From an uncultured Chlamydiales bacterium (lineage in GTDB: Bacteria; Chlamydiota; Chlamydiia; Chlamydiales; Rhabdochlamydiaceae), in contig OY969554.1 in NCBI GenBank assembly GCA_963700985.1, positions 1,600,001 through 1,664,000 of the forward strand: a stretch of DNA of 64,000 nt, written 5' to 3'. The notes under the pieces were generated by a model that saw nothing but the letters and a program-made list of their open reading frames with translations, was not told the DNA's origin and did no database searches. The position numbers were made by a program, and so were the translations under genes. Shown here one piece after another: positions 50,389 through 59,776 of the stretch (positions are counted from its first letter, which is position 1; every line of letters begins with the position of its first letter).

Positions 50389-51473
50389 TCCTCGGTACGC
50401 TGCTTTTTCTTATCCTCGTTCTCCTTTTTGTATGTCTATGGAGTCAAAAGAGAATCAAACGCGAAAAAGCTGAAAAAGAGCTAATTTTAGAATCTTTGGA
50501 AGAAGGTGTGCTCTCAATTGATGCACATCTTAAAGTGGGTTTTGCCAACTACATGGCTAGCAAGATGCTCGCCGTGCCAAAGAAAGAACTCATCGGACAG
50601 CCTCTCTATGGATCCTGTGGCTTATTTGAAAAAGGCAGGGTTCTCTTGGAAGAGTGCATGAAGAGAGAGAGAGTTTTAACCGACTCTTTTGCCATTGGTA
50701 AGATATACTTCGATCTCATCGCCGTACCAAGAGAAAAAAAACGCGGTGCTTTGCTTGTCTTGCAAAACAAGTCTGCCCATTACAAAGTCTTAGAAATCGG
50801 TAAAGATTTCATCACCAATGCATCCCATGAGCTTAGAACTCCGATTACCATCATTAAAGGCTTTGCCGAAACACTGCAAGACATGCCCAATTTACCTCCA
50901 GAGATGGTGGCAGACATCACAGAAAAGATCGTCAGAAGCTGCCAGAGAATGGACCTCTTGGTAAAGAACCTGCTCACCTTAGCTGATCTAGAAAACCTGC
51001 CCTCGCTTAGGCTGCAGGAGTGCGACCTTGTCGCGCTTCTGGAAAATTGCCAGCACTTCTTACAAGCCGCACATCCAGCCGCGCAACTCAATCTCGAAAA
51101 GAAAAAGAAGGGCAATATTACAATTCTTGCCGATCCTGACATCTTAGAGCTCGCACTGATGAATCTGCTTGAAAATGCAGTGAAATATTCTCCCGTGCCC
51201 GCTTCTATTTCTATTAGTATTGAAAAAATCAAAGAGAAGGTCAAAGTCTGCATCAAAGATCAAGGCATCGGCATTCCAGCTGAAAGTCTTGACCACATTT
51301 TCTCCCGGTTTTACACCGTGGACAAAGCTCGCTCCAGAAGGTTAGGCGGCGCAGGCCTCGGCCTTTCAATTGTGAAAACGATTATCGAGAAGCATGATGG
51401 TGAAATTAGCGTAGCTTCTGAGCTGGGCAAAGGCAGCACCTTTACACTTATTTTTTCACAGGCGGGGAAGTGA
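50385..51473 (+). CDS. PhoR-like sensor histidine kinase (TM-PAS-HisKA-HATPase)
   Basis: NASHELRTP, NLLENAVKY, DQGIGIP, FYTVDKARSR, GAGLGL, GKGSTF. Confidence 0.9.
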   Translation: MILGTLLFLILVLLFVCLWSQKRIKREKAEKELILESLEEGVLSIDAHLKVGFANYMASKMLAVPKKELIGQPLYGSCGLFEKGRVLLEECMKRERVLTDSFAIGKIYFDLIAVPREKKRGALLVLQNKSAHYKVLEIGKDFITNASHELRTPITIIKGFAETLQDMPNLPPEMVADITEKIVRSCQRMDLLVKNLLTLADLENLPSLRLQECDLVALLENCQHFLQAAHPAAQLNLEKKKKGNITILADPDILELALMNLLENAVKYSPVPASISISIEKIKEKVKVCIKDQGIGIPAESLDHIFSRFYTVDKARSRRLGGAGLGLSIVKTIIEKHDGEISVASELGKGSTFTLIFSQAGK

Positions 51474-52392
51474 TAGGGCTTTGATCCGGCATCTGCATTT
51501 TATGACGGATATGCGTTTTATTGTCGGTGTAGACAATGGTCTTTTTGCTAATACCTGTGCGCTTAAAATTCATGATGGGTTCGATGTTAGCCATCTGGGT
51601 TTTGGGATTACCGAGTTTACTTAGAATGGTTTGCAGTTCTGCTTTTTTAAGAGGCGGACTTTTTTTTGCCTGCGCTTTTTTCTCTTCTTCTTCAAGAATA
51701 TCTTCGACCACTTTCGGATCAAAAACTGCTTTTAAAAGATGGGTGGACGCCAAGCAAAAGCAGATCGCTTTCTTCTCATCTGGATCTAGCACAAAGAAAT
51801 CCGAAAGGGGCGGATAACCTTGACGCGTGCCTCCCAACTCATTAGTTAGCGTGAAATGTTTTGTACCACGGAGCATTTTGAGATAGAGCTCTTTGAGATT
51901 TTTCTCATCTGGCATGAGATCCTCCAGAGTTGAGAACTCTTTTTTTTCGCCAGCTTTGGCAATCAGTGCATCTAGAATTTTATACTCAAAGTCTGAAATA
52001 GAAAGCAGCGTGGCTGAGTTAGCTATTCCAGTGTCTGCGTAAAGACTTTTCAAGAACTTAGCCGCAATCTCATAGAGTTGATTGTGTGTGGTGCCCGGTG
52101 TAAAGAGAGGAATTAAGTTGAATTTGGATTTTTCATTAGCTGAAACTTTATCACGGGTGAACTTTCGTTTGCGTTCTCTTTTAGGCTTGTTGCTATTCGT
52201 TGTGGTTTTTTCTTTTTTGCGTGCGCGTTCGAACTGCGTTTTTTGCGCTGCATTGTGTAGGTTCTTCTCCACCGCCATGGTAGAAGAGAAATAAGATTGT
52301 TTGAGTATGCTCGCTGTACTTTGTTTAACAAGCGTAGCCACGCCAAACGAGAGAATCAAAAGAAAGCTACCGATCAGAATCAGGATATTCAT
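51448..52392 (-). CDS. Hypothetical protein, N-terminal TM, GspK-position gene of the pseudopilin trio
   Basis: Overlaps the upstream pseudopilin stop; SKFNL motif. The role is inferred from position only. Confidence 0.55.
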   Translation of the reverse strand: MNILILIGSFLLILSFGVATLVKQSTASILKQSYFSSTMAVEKNLHNAAQKTQFERARKKEKTTTNSNKPKRERKRKFTRDKVSANEKSKFNLIPLFTPGTTHNQLYEIAAKFLKSLYADTGIANSATLLSISDFEYKILDALIAKAGEKKEFSTLEDLMPDEKNLKELYLKMLRGTKHFTLTNELGGTRQGYPPLSDFFVLDPDEKKAICFCLASTHLLKAVFDPKVVEDILEEEEKKAQAKKSPPLKKAELQTILSKLGNPKTQMANIEPIMNFKRTGISKKTIVYTDNKTHIRHKMQMPDQSPITSPPVKK

Positions 52393-53015
52393 TACTCATA
52401 CTCCACGGGAAGTTGAGAAGAAGGAAGAAAAAAAGCATAGCTGACATCTTCCTTCTTATCTCCTGTTTTTTCAGTAAGAATAACTTTAAGCATAGAGGGA
52501 AAGGCCGCCGCATCTTTATTCCACTCCGATTTCCAATCATCGATTCTAAGATCAAAAAATGAGAAGGCAATGGAGTCGATTTGCTCTATTAATATCTCCT
52601 CCCGCTCTTCGGTTTTTCCTTCAAGCGGCAGAATGCGCAATTTCAGTTTTTTATCGCGCGCAAGAAAGAGCATAGCTTTTACTTGCCCACATAACAGCGG
52701 ATCGCTATCAATGCCATGGTTAAAGGCAAAGATCAGGCTTAAATTTAGGCCCTCACTGGTCGTATCGGTGTAAAGGAAGCCTTCTTGCTTATCACCCGTA
52801 GGAAAATCTGAAAAGACCTGCATTAACCTAGTTTGCAGCCGCTGTCTGGCTGAGAAGCGTTCTTGAATCTTTTCAGCCTCTAGACTGACTACGGTTAACT
52901 GGTGGTAGTAGCCAAAAAGAAAGAAGAGGGCGATCGAAGTGAGCGAAAGCGCAATTACCACTTCTAAAAGTGTAAAGGACCTTCTGCGCGCTCTTTTTGC
53001 CCTTGTAAATCGCAT
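52392..53015 (-). CDS. Prepilin-type N-terminal cleavage/methylation protein (GspJ-like)
   Basis: RRRS-FTLLEVVIAL class III signal; C-terminal W..EW....P..LK. Confidence 0.75.
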   Translation of the reverse strand: MRFTRAKRARRRSFTLLEVVIALSLTSIALFFLFGYYHQLTVVSLEAEKIQERFSARQRLQTRLMQVFSDFPTGDKQEGFLYTDTTSEGLNLSLIFAFNHGIDSDPLLCGQVKAMLFLARDKKLKLRILPLEGKTEEREEILIEQIDSIAFSFFDLRIDDWKSEWNKDAAAFPSMLKVILTEKTGDKKEDVSYAFFLPSSQLPVEYE

Positions 53016-53019
53016 CTTA

Positions 53020-53532
53020 TTAACTTTTGGTTTGTTCGCTTGCTTTGTTTTGTGGATCGATTCGAGCGGGACGCGTCACGATCGTACGCCAATTGAAATC
53101 GATTTCTTTACCTTTGGGGTCGAGACGCTGATAAGTGATGCGGAAGTTAATCAATCTGAGCTCTTGGCCATCTTTTCCTTTGGCAGCTGAGACAGTTCCC
53201 CAGTGAATTTTTTTGAGAAATTTGCACGGTTTTATCATAGAAATGGTAAGCTCTTCCTGTCGATCGAAGACGATCTCTTTTTTGTCTGCTCTTTCGGCCG
53301 ATTTGCAGAGCTGATCCCAAGGGATGTTGCCGGTTTTTTTGCTCTTATTGAGAACGGCTTTTAAATCCGCAAAATCTACCGCGGCTAGCCTTGCGAGTTC
53401 TGCGCGCTCTATGGCGTCGTATTGCTGTTTCAGCAGCTGAAGGGGATTGCGCACTAATGGAAGAGCACATATAGATAGTAGGAAGAAAGCAATTACTAAT
53501 TCGAGTAAAAGATAGGGACGTTTTTTTTTCAT
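53020..53532 (-). CDS. Pseudopilin-like protein
   Basis: KKKRP-YLLLELVIAF: basic leader, E at +5, hydrophobic helix. Confidence 0.65.
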   Translation of the reverse strand: MKKKRPYLLLELVIAFFLLSICALPLVRNPLQLLKQQYDAIERAELARLAAVDFADLKAVLNKSKKTGNIPWDQLCKSAERADKKEIVFDRQEELTISMIKPCKFLKKIHWGTVSAAKGKDGQELRLINFRITYQRLDPKGKEIDFNWRTIVTRPARIDPQNKASEQTKS

Positions 53533-53534
53533 TT

Positions 53535-54509
53535 ATGGAATTTCAAGGAAAAGCTCTTTATAATCTTATTCGCTTCAGCTGGCTAGAAGAGCCTAGCATA
53601 GCCGTGCAACCTTGGCAAGTTGAGGATCTACGCGCTCTTCCTTCTAATACTCTTTTTTTACGTCTTAAAACCCTGGGGATCAACCTCACAGAAGCGAGCT
53701 TTCGTGCCTATGCGAACGAGAGCAAAAATCCTGAGGAACTGACCGATTTAATCTGGAGTAACGAGCAAGATGTCGAAGGCCATGACGCGGCCTACCTACT
53801 TCTTTTTGAGCTCTGGCGACGTCTTCTCCATGATAAATTCTCACTTTCTATTTTCTGCGATGAGCTCGATTGGCGGATCTATCATTACGATAAAGATTTG
53901 CTAGACGATGAAAAAATGGAAGAGGTGATTGCCGATTTAGAGGATATTCTAGACAGTAACGTCGATCGAGGTGGTGAGCCCAAAGAGATTTTTCAAACGG
54001 TTGAAAGCTACTCTTCGCATGATCTAGAAAAATTTCTTTATGATTATATTGTCGAAGATATCGATAAAGAAGATGAGATGTCCGCTTCTGAGTTGCTGGA
54101 TGGATTTTATATCTATGTGGCACATGCGCTCTGGTTCGATTTTTTAAGAGCACGCCTACTTGCCTCGGTCGATATGGATGAAGCGAGCCTCATGTTGCAG
54201 CGGCTGATGGAGCAGTTAGAAGAAGATCCCGACCTCGATCTCTTTTTTGAAATTGCTGCTTATCTCGTCAATCAAGGGGAGCCCTCCTTATTTTTGATGT
54301 GCGTGAAGAAGATTGCTCCGCTGATCAAAAACGAAGAGCAATTCCAAGAGCTGATTGAGCTAGTGGGAGAGTACTTCTGCTGCCTCGATCAAGAAGAGCA
54401 TCATAAAACTGCGCGCGAAATCCTTGCAAAACGTCAACACAACTCTCCAGAGGCGCCCATACGGCCTGACGATTTAAAAAGCTTCAGCCAGCTTTTAGAG
54501 AATTTTTAG
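53535..54509 (+). CDS. Acidic helical hypothetical protein
   Basis: 324-aa ORF filling the gap; no motif recognised. Confidence 0.7.
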   Translation: MEFQGKALYNLIRFSWLEEPSIAVQPWQVEDLRALPSNTLFLRLKTLGINLTEASFRAYANESKNPEELTDLIWSNEQDVEGHDAAYLLLFELWRRLLHDKFSLSIFCDELDWRIYHYDKDLLDDEKMEEVIADLEDILDSNVDRGGEPKEIFQTVESYSSHDLEKFLYDYIVEDIDKEDEMSASELLDGFYIYVAHALWFDFLRARLLASVDMDEASLMLQRLMEQLEEDPDLDLFFEIAAYLVNQGEPSLFLMCVKKIAPLIKNEEQFQELIELVGEYFCCLDQEEHHKTAREILAKRQHNSPEAPIRPDDLKSFSQLLENF

Positions 54510-55250
54510 CGGGATAAAATCTAAATAGTCGCAGGAAGTGAGAAGATATTGGATTCCACGCGCTTCGCCAAACAGTGGAACATCTTTTTTCACATTATGC
54601 AAATGTCCAAAGACACAAATCTGAATCTTATATTCTTCGAGAATGTGTGAAGCCCTAGATGGCCGCAGATCTGCGCTAATGGGCGGATAGTGGGTCATGG
54701 CAATGCGCGTGGTAGCCTGAGGATCGAGTTTCTTAAGGCTTAGCTCAAGGCGCTGCAACTCCCTTTCAAAGATCTTTATGTCTTGCTCTTTCTGAGCGGC
54801 AAACTCTTCATCGGGCTTTTTATGAGCTAAGGGATTTTCTTGAAATTGAATATAGGGTCCAAAGCCGAACTCTTCCGTATCCCAAAGGCGCGCGCCGCCG
54901 ATGGTAATGCCGTTCCAATTGAACACGTCATTTTGAATAAAATGGATCGAAGGCGGCATGACGGCTTTTAGCTTTTTGGGTGAGTCCCACCAGAAGTCAT
55001 GGTTGCCTTTTAGGAGAAGTTTTGTGCCAGGAAGCTGTGCGATCCAATTTAAATCGACAAGCGCATCTTCCAATTTAGTGGCCCAGGAGATGTCGCCGGG
55101 AATGAGCACCAGATCTTCAGCTTTGATGCGCGCGCGCCAATTTTTTTCGATCTTATCGGTATAGCCTGCCCAGGCAGGGCCAAAAACTTCCATGCTCTTT
55201 TTTGGAATGCCAAAGGAGAGGTGCGGATCAGAAAGTGCGTAGACGGTCAT
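54495..55250 (-). CDS. Calcineurin-like metallophosphoesterase
   Basis: SDPHLS, PGDISW, KGNHD, THYPP, FGHLH. Confidence 0.9.
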   Translation of the reverse strand: MTVYALSDPHLSFGIPKKSMEVFGPAWAGYTDKIEKNWRARIKAEDLVLIPGDISWATKLEDALVDLNWIAQLPGTKLLLKGNHDFWWDSPKKLKAVMPPSIHFIQNDVFNWNGITIGGARLWDTEEFGFGPYIQFQENPLAHKKPDEEFAAQKEQDIKIFERELQRLELSLKKLDPQATTRIAMTHYPPISADLRPSRASHILEEYKIQICVFGHLHNVKKDVPLFGEARGIQYLLTSCDYLDFIPLKIL

Positions 55251-55255
55251 AAATA

Positions 55256-56557
55256 CTAAAGAATAAAACCGTCTGGAAGACGGGTACCTGAAGTTACGAT
55301 GATAATCCCGTCGCGAATATAAACGCCATTGCCATCATATTTTTGCAGCTGATCTTTGTTGATGAGCTGTACGTTATTGCCGATGCTGGATTGCTCGTCG
55401 ATGATTGCTTTCTGAATCAGGCAATTCTCCCCAATAGAAAACTCAGCAGGAAGTGGAGGAGATTGATGCGCCGGCGGTGTATAGAATTTATGACCGGTGA
55501 TGATCGAATCACGGATGATCGTGCCTTTTTTAACCTGCGAGCGATTGCCGATGATGCTATTTGAGATCTCTTTGGCGTAGATAATTGCACCTAAGCCGAT
55601 GAGCGAATTGTGAATTTCCGTGTCGTGGATTACGGGGCTGGGCAGTAGGTGGGCCGTGGTGTAAATCGGACTGTTTTCGTCATAAATATTGAGGCAGTTT
55701 TTGTGCATGATTAAGGCCAGATTAGCCTGATAATATGAGGCGATCGTGCCGATATCTTCCCAATAACCATCAAAGATAAATGCGTAGGTTTTGCCCTTCT
55801 TAACCTGGATGGGGATGAGGTGCTTTCCAAAATCCTCACCCTCTTCGCGTAAAAGCGCAATTAAGCAGCTGCGTTTAAAGATGTAGATACCCATCGAGCC
55901 TAAAAAACGCTGATTGGGCTGAAGATGGGAAACCTTCTTTCTAACGGGCGAATCACTGGGCAATTCGTAGAGTCTTAAGAGTTCTGCTGTATTGGGCTTT
56001 TCGTAAAAGCCTTGGACATGACTCTCGTCATCAATTTTCAAAAGCCCCATACGCTTGGCTTCAGGCTCTTCTACAGGCAGCGTGGCGATGACTAAATCGG
56101 CATCCGTTTCTCTCGCGAAGTTTAACATCGAGCTGAAATTGGTATTATAGAGCTGATCGCCCGCGAGAATCAGAAAGTAATCTGCAGAAGACTTAAGCAG
56201 ATGATCGAGATTTTGCCTTATCGCATCAGCCGTGCCTTTGAACCAGACTTTGCGATTTGGGCCGTCTTCGGGGGAGAGAATCTGAATATTTCCATTTTTA
56301 AAAAGATGCGAAGGAAAGCTGCTCAATACGTGTTGATGTAGATCAGATGCCAGGTATTGCGTAATGATATACATGTTATGGATCTTAGAATTCAGTGAGT
56401 TAGAAATGGGGATATCGATGAGGCGATAGCGCCCGGCAAAAGAGACGGCAGGTTTGCAGCGAAATTGCGTTAGCGGGAATAGGCGAGTGCCTTCACCCCC
56501 GGCAAGCACAATGGCGGTCACCTTGCTGGCGAATTCTTCTTGAGACTCTGGGGGCAT
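55256..56557 (-). CDS. glgC: Glucose-1-phosphate adenylyltransferase
   Basis: LAGGEGTRLFPLT, KPAV, YRLIDIPISN, GTADA, GDQLY, EKP, SMGIY, DFG, YWEDIGT. Confidence 0.95.
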   Translation of the reverse strand: MPPESQEEFASKVTAIVLAGGEGTRLFPLTQFRCKPAVSFAGRYRLIDIPISNSLNSKIHNMYIITQYLASDLHQHVLSSFPSHLFKNGNIQILSPEDGPNRKVWFKGTADAIRQNLDHLLKSSADYFLILAGDQLYNTNFSSMLNFARETDADLVIATLPVEEPEAKRMGLLKIDDESHVQGFYEKPNTAELLRLYELPSDSPVRKKVSHLQPNQRFLGSMGIYIFKRSCLIALLREEGEDFGKHLIPIQVKKGKTYAFIFDGYWEDIGTIASYYQANLALIMHKNCLNIYDENSPIYTTAHLLPSPVIHDTEIHNSLIGLGAIIYAKEISNSIIGNRSQVKKGTIIRDSIITGHKFYTPPAHQSPPLPAEFSIGENCLIQKAIIDEQSSIGNNVQLINKDQLQKYDGNGVYIRDGIIIVTSGTRLPDGFIL

Positions 56558-56635
56558 GGATAATCCAAAAATGTATATTTAAATTTTTAATTAACATGTT
56601 TGGATATGAATTACAATGCTGGAGAGAGATGAGAA

Positions 56636-57586
56636 TTATTTATTTGCGCTAGAAATAGCTAAGTTCTTGATTTCGTGTGCATTATAGCTAGAGCGCACAA
56701 AGGGCCCTGCGTAGACATAACGCACGCCTAAGCTTTCGCCATAAGCTGCATAGGCTTTAAACTGATCAGGCGAAATGAAAGCCTTTACCGTCAATTTACG
56801 GCGATTTGGTTGAAGGTAATGCCCGATGGTGATGATATCACAGCCCACCGCATGCAGGTCGAAAATGGTCTGTTTAACCTCCTCTTCGCTTTCTCCCAGG
56901 CCAACCATAATGCCCGACTTAACAAACTGACTGCGTCCACGTTGCTTAACGTGCTGCAAAATGCTTAGAGTTCTTTCATAGGTGGCCTTGTGCCTAACCC
57001 GAGGCGTTAGGGAGCGCACGGTTTCGATATTGTGGTTGAAAATTTCAGGACGCTCTTCGAGGACTAGATCTACCGCCTCTAGGTTGCCATTGAAATCTGA
57101 AGTGAGCACTTCGATGGTGACTTCTGGATCATGTTTGCGGACTTCGCGAATGATGGCAGCAAGGTGAGCTGCCCCGCCATCGGGTAGATCATCTCGGGCG
57201 ACCATGGTGATCACCACATGCTTCAAACCCAGCTCTTTTACGGAAAGCGCAATACGCAAAGGCTCATCTTTTTCTGGTCCCTTTGGCTGTTTAGAGAAGT
57301 CGATATCGCAAAAACCGCAATTGCGCGAACACTCTTTTCCAAGCGCGAGAAAAGTGGCCGTTTTCTTGCTATAACACTCGAAACGATTAGGACATTTTGC
57401 CTCTTCGCAAACGGTGTTAAGTCGATACTTCTCTAAGATCGTATTGGTCTTAAAGAGGTTTCCCCCTATAGGCAATTTACGATGTAGCCAGGAGGGGAAA
57501 CGTCCGAGACCGACCGCTTTTTCTTCAGCAGGTTCTTGATAGAGGGGAAGAGGATTTAGTTTTCGGCCTGGAGTCGCTTCGCTCAT
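56636..57586 (-). CDS. lipA: Lipoyl synthase
   Basis: CEEAKCPNRFEC, CSRNCGFC, RDDLPDGGA, HNIETV, VRSSY; ATGA overlap with the lpdA stop. Confidence 0.96.
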   Translation of the reverse strand: MSEATPGRKLNPLPLYQEPAEEKAVGLGRFPSWLHRKLPIGGNLFKTNTILEKYRLNTVCEEAKCPNRFECYSKKTATFLALGKECSRNCGFCDIDFSKQPKGPEKDEPLRIALSVKELGLKHVVITMVARDDLPDGGAAHLAAIIREVRKHDPEVTIEVLTSDFNGNLEAVDLVLEERPEIFNHNIETVRSLTPRVRHKATYERTLSILQHVKQRGRSQFVKSGIMVGLGESEEEVKQTIFDLHAVGCDIITIGHYLQPNRRKLTVKAFISPDQFKAYAAYGESLGVRYVYAGPFVRSSYNAHEIKNLAISSANK

Positions 57587-58986
57587 TTTTTGCTCTTTGG
57601 GGGAAAATGGATGGGAGTATTTTGAGCCAATAGGGCCGCTTCCAGCCACGCTTCTGGTGTAGTCGGGTGAGCATGAATGGTGTCAGCCACGCTCTCTGTG
57701 GTCAATTCGTTGGCGATAGCTAGTGTTGCCTCAGCAATCAACACGGAAGCATCGTGCCCAACGACCTGTGCACCATAAATCTCGCCAGTCTTTGAATCCG
57801 CAACTACTTGCGCAAAGCCTTCTGCCTCTTGAGAGGCAATCGACTTACCAAGTGCCTGGAAAGGAAATCTACCAACAACTGCTGTCGCGTGCCCAGCTTC
57901 GAGGGCTTGTTCAAGCGTCATGCCCACAGTTGCAATCTCAGGGGAAGTAAAGATCACTGATGGAACGGCGTTGTAATGCATAATTGACTCTTTACCCGCA
58001 GCATTATTAGCTGCCACGATGCCTTGATGCGAGGCGACATGCGCCAGCATAAACTTGCCAGTCACATCTCCCACAGCGTAAATCCCAGGCACGTTGGTCT
58101 CCATCTTATCGTTTACGATAACTGCGCCTTTTGCATCCACCTTTACGCCAGCTTTCTCAAGACCTAGGCCATAAGAAACGATCTTTCTGCCAACTGCTAC
58201 AAGCGTGATGTCATATGCCGCAGGGGGCTTATCTTTCATGCGGACGAGCACGCCATCATGCGAAGCGTCGATCCCTTCCACAAAGACTCCGGTTTGGATT
58301 TCGATTTTCTTTTGCTGGAAAGCGCGCGTCAGGACTTCAGAGATGGTTTTTCCTTGTGCGAGCACGATTGAAGGCAGTGCCTCCAAGATGGTCACGCGGA
58401 CACCTAATTCAGCAAAAAGAGAGGCAAACTCACATCCGATGTAGCCGCCACCAATGATCGCAATGGATTTTGGCAAGGTGGTTATTTCCATGATGGAAGT
58501 AGAGTTGAAAATCTTCTTGTGATCGCAAGGAAAGGCTGGAATATCCATCGGCTCAGACCCGGTTGCAATCACGATCTTTTCGGCCGCAACTAAGCAGTTG
58601 TCTTGACCTTGCACTTTGAGTTCAGAGGGCGAGAGAAATTCAGCTTGTCCGCGCAGAATCGTGATCTGGTTGGACAAGATCAGCCCTTCCAGACTCTTGC
58701 GAATTTTTTGCACAACCGCATCTTTGCGCTCTTTCATCTTCTGATAATCAAAGGAAACAGAACCGACAGTGATTCCAAATGCGCTAGCTTCGTTTACTCT
58801 TTTCAATGCATGTGAGCCTGCCAGCAATGTCTTCGTAGGAATACAGCCGACATTGAGACAAGTTCCCCCTAAGTTTCCACGTTCAATCAGACAAACCTTT
58901 TTTCCGTAATGCGTGGCTTTAATCGCTGTGACATAGCCACCTGTTCCTCCGCCAACTACCACTAGATCAAAAATCTTTTTTTCCAT
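57583..58986 (-). CDS. lpdA: Dihydrolipoyl dehydrogenase
   Basis: GGGTGGY, GGTCLNVGCIPTK, GGGYIGCE, LAHVA, HAHPT..E; start set to MEKK. Confidence 0.96.
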   Translation of the reverse strand: MEKKIFDLVVVGGGTGGYVTAIKATHYGKKVCLIERGNLGGTCLNVGCIPTKTLLAGSHALKRVNEASAFGITVGSVSFDYQKMKERKDAVVQKIRKSLEGLILSNQITILRGQAEFLSPSELKVQGQDNCLVAAEKIVIATGSEPMDIPAFPCDHKKIFNSTSIMEITTLPKSIAIIGGGYIGCEFASLFAELGVRVTILEALPSIVLAQGKTISEVLTRAFQQKKIEIQTGVFVEGIDASHDGVLVRMKDKPPAAYDITLVAVGRKIVSYGLGLEKAGVKVDAKGAVIVNDKMETNVPGIYAVGDVTGKFMLAHVASHQGIVAANNAAGKESIMHYNAVPSVIFTSPEIATVGMTLEQALEAGHATAVVGRFPFQALGKSIASQEAEGFAQVVADSKTGEIYGAQVVGHDASVLIAEATLAIANELTTESVADTIHAHPTTPEAWLEAALLAQNTPIHFPPKSKK

Positions 58987-59127
58987 AGAACTCGAGCTTC
59001 CCTTTTTTTGTTTCGAGTTTAACGGTTTCAGGAAAATGCTGCTATTGGAAAGGATAGATGAAAATAGAATAGAAAATTTGTGGCACTTATGACAGGATGA
59101 AAGAGAAAGCAAGTATGAGGTAGTGTT

Positions 59128-59652
59128 ATGAAACCAACAGATCGACAAAAAATGTGTTCAAATTGCGATGGTAGAATTGCTTTTGAAGCAGCGGTCTGTC
59201 CCTATTGCGGCGCAGAACAAGCTGAATCTTCGGATTCCGCGCAAATGCAGCTTTTTAAACATCAATCTTTGCAAGAGAGCCTAACTTCGCTCTACTCGCC
59301 CCCATATTCGCAAAGATCAACAACTTACGGGACGGAAGAGAGCGAGCCGGTGAAGAAGAAAACTGAAACATTTAAAGAAGTCAAAACAGTCACTTCTGGT
59401 TTAGGAGCCACAACCATGCAGATGAATACCGCAGAGGCCGAAAGCAGCGAAGTAAAGAGCCAAAATCCTCTGATGCCTATTCTGCTCTTATCAGTTGGAA
59501 GCAACCTCTGTCTTTTAGGTCTGCTTCAATTCTTTTTCTCTGAAAGCGGATTTTTGAAATTAGAATGGGATGCAAGCTACTGGTTTATCTATTGCCTCAT
59601 CGCTCTTCCAATGCTCTATTTCGGCATCAAAAAAGCTGGCAATTTCAAATAA
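59128..59652 (+). CDS. Zinc-ribbon membrane protein
   Basis: CSNC...CPYC, two C-terminal TM helices, GAGG SD. Confidence 0.8.
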   Translation: MKPTDRQKMCSNCDGRIAFEAAVCPYCGAEQAESSDSAQMQLFKHQSLQESLTSLYSPPYSQRSTTYGTEESEPVKKKTETFKEVKTVTSGLGATTMQMNTAEAESSEVKSQNPLMPILLLSVGSNLCLLGLLQFFFSESGFLKLEWDASYWFIYCLIALPMLYFGIKKAGNFK

Positions 59653-59659
59653 GTTTCAT

Positions 59660-59757
59660 GTGCCCGCATCGCGGGCACGTATCTATTACAAAAATAACAG
59701 GATACGCAAGATTAAGAGAAAAAACAGCTTCTCTTTCTTATCCTGCCTATCCTGTTA
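59660..59757. repeat. Intergenic CAGGAT-unit palindrome, copy 3, preceded by a GC hairpin
   Basis: GTGCCCGC-ATC-GCGGGCAC (59660-59678); TAACAGGATACGCAAGAT (59695-59712) and ATCCTGCCTATCCTGTTA (59740-59757). Confidence 0.8.
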
Positions 59758-59776
59758 CTCTCCTTTCTAAAATGAA

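Noticed and set aside
53521-53529. A9 tract after the pseudopilin start as a phase-variation switch
   Set aside because: It encodes the normal basic KKK leader, the frame is intact, and such runs are common in this sequence.
59081-59100. TGGCAC as a sigma-54 -24 box (also at 3015)
   Set aside because: No TTGC at the required -12 spacing.
58987-59148. N-terminal extensions on lpdA, lipA, eno and the third GT32 in the ORF track
   Set aside because: They overlap neighbouring genes; downstream ATGs match the family N-termini.
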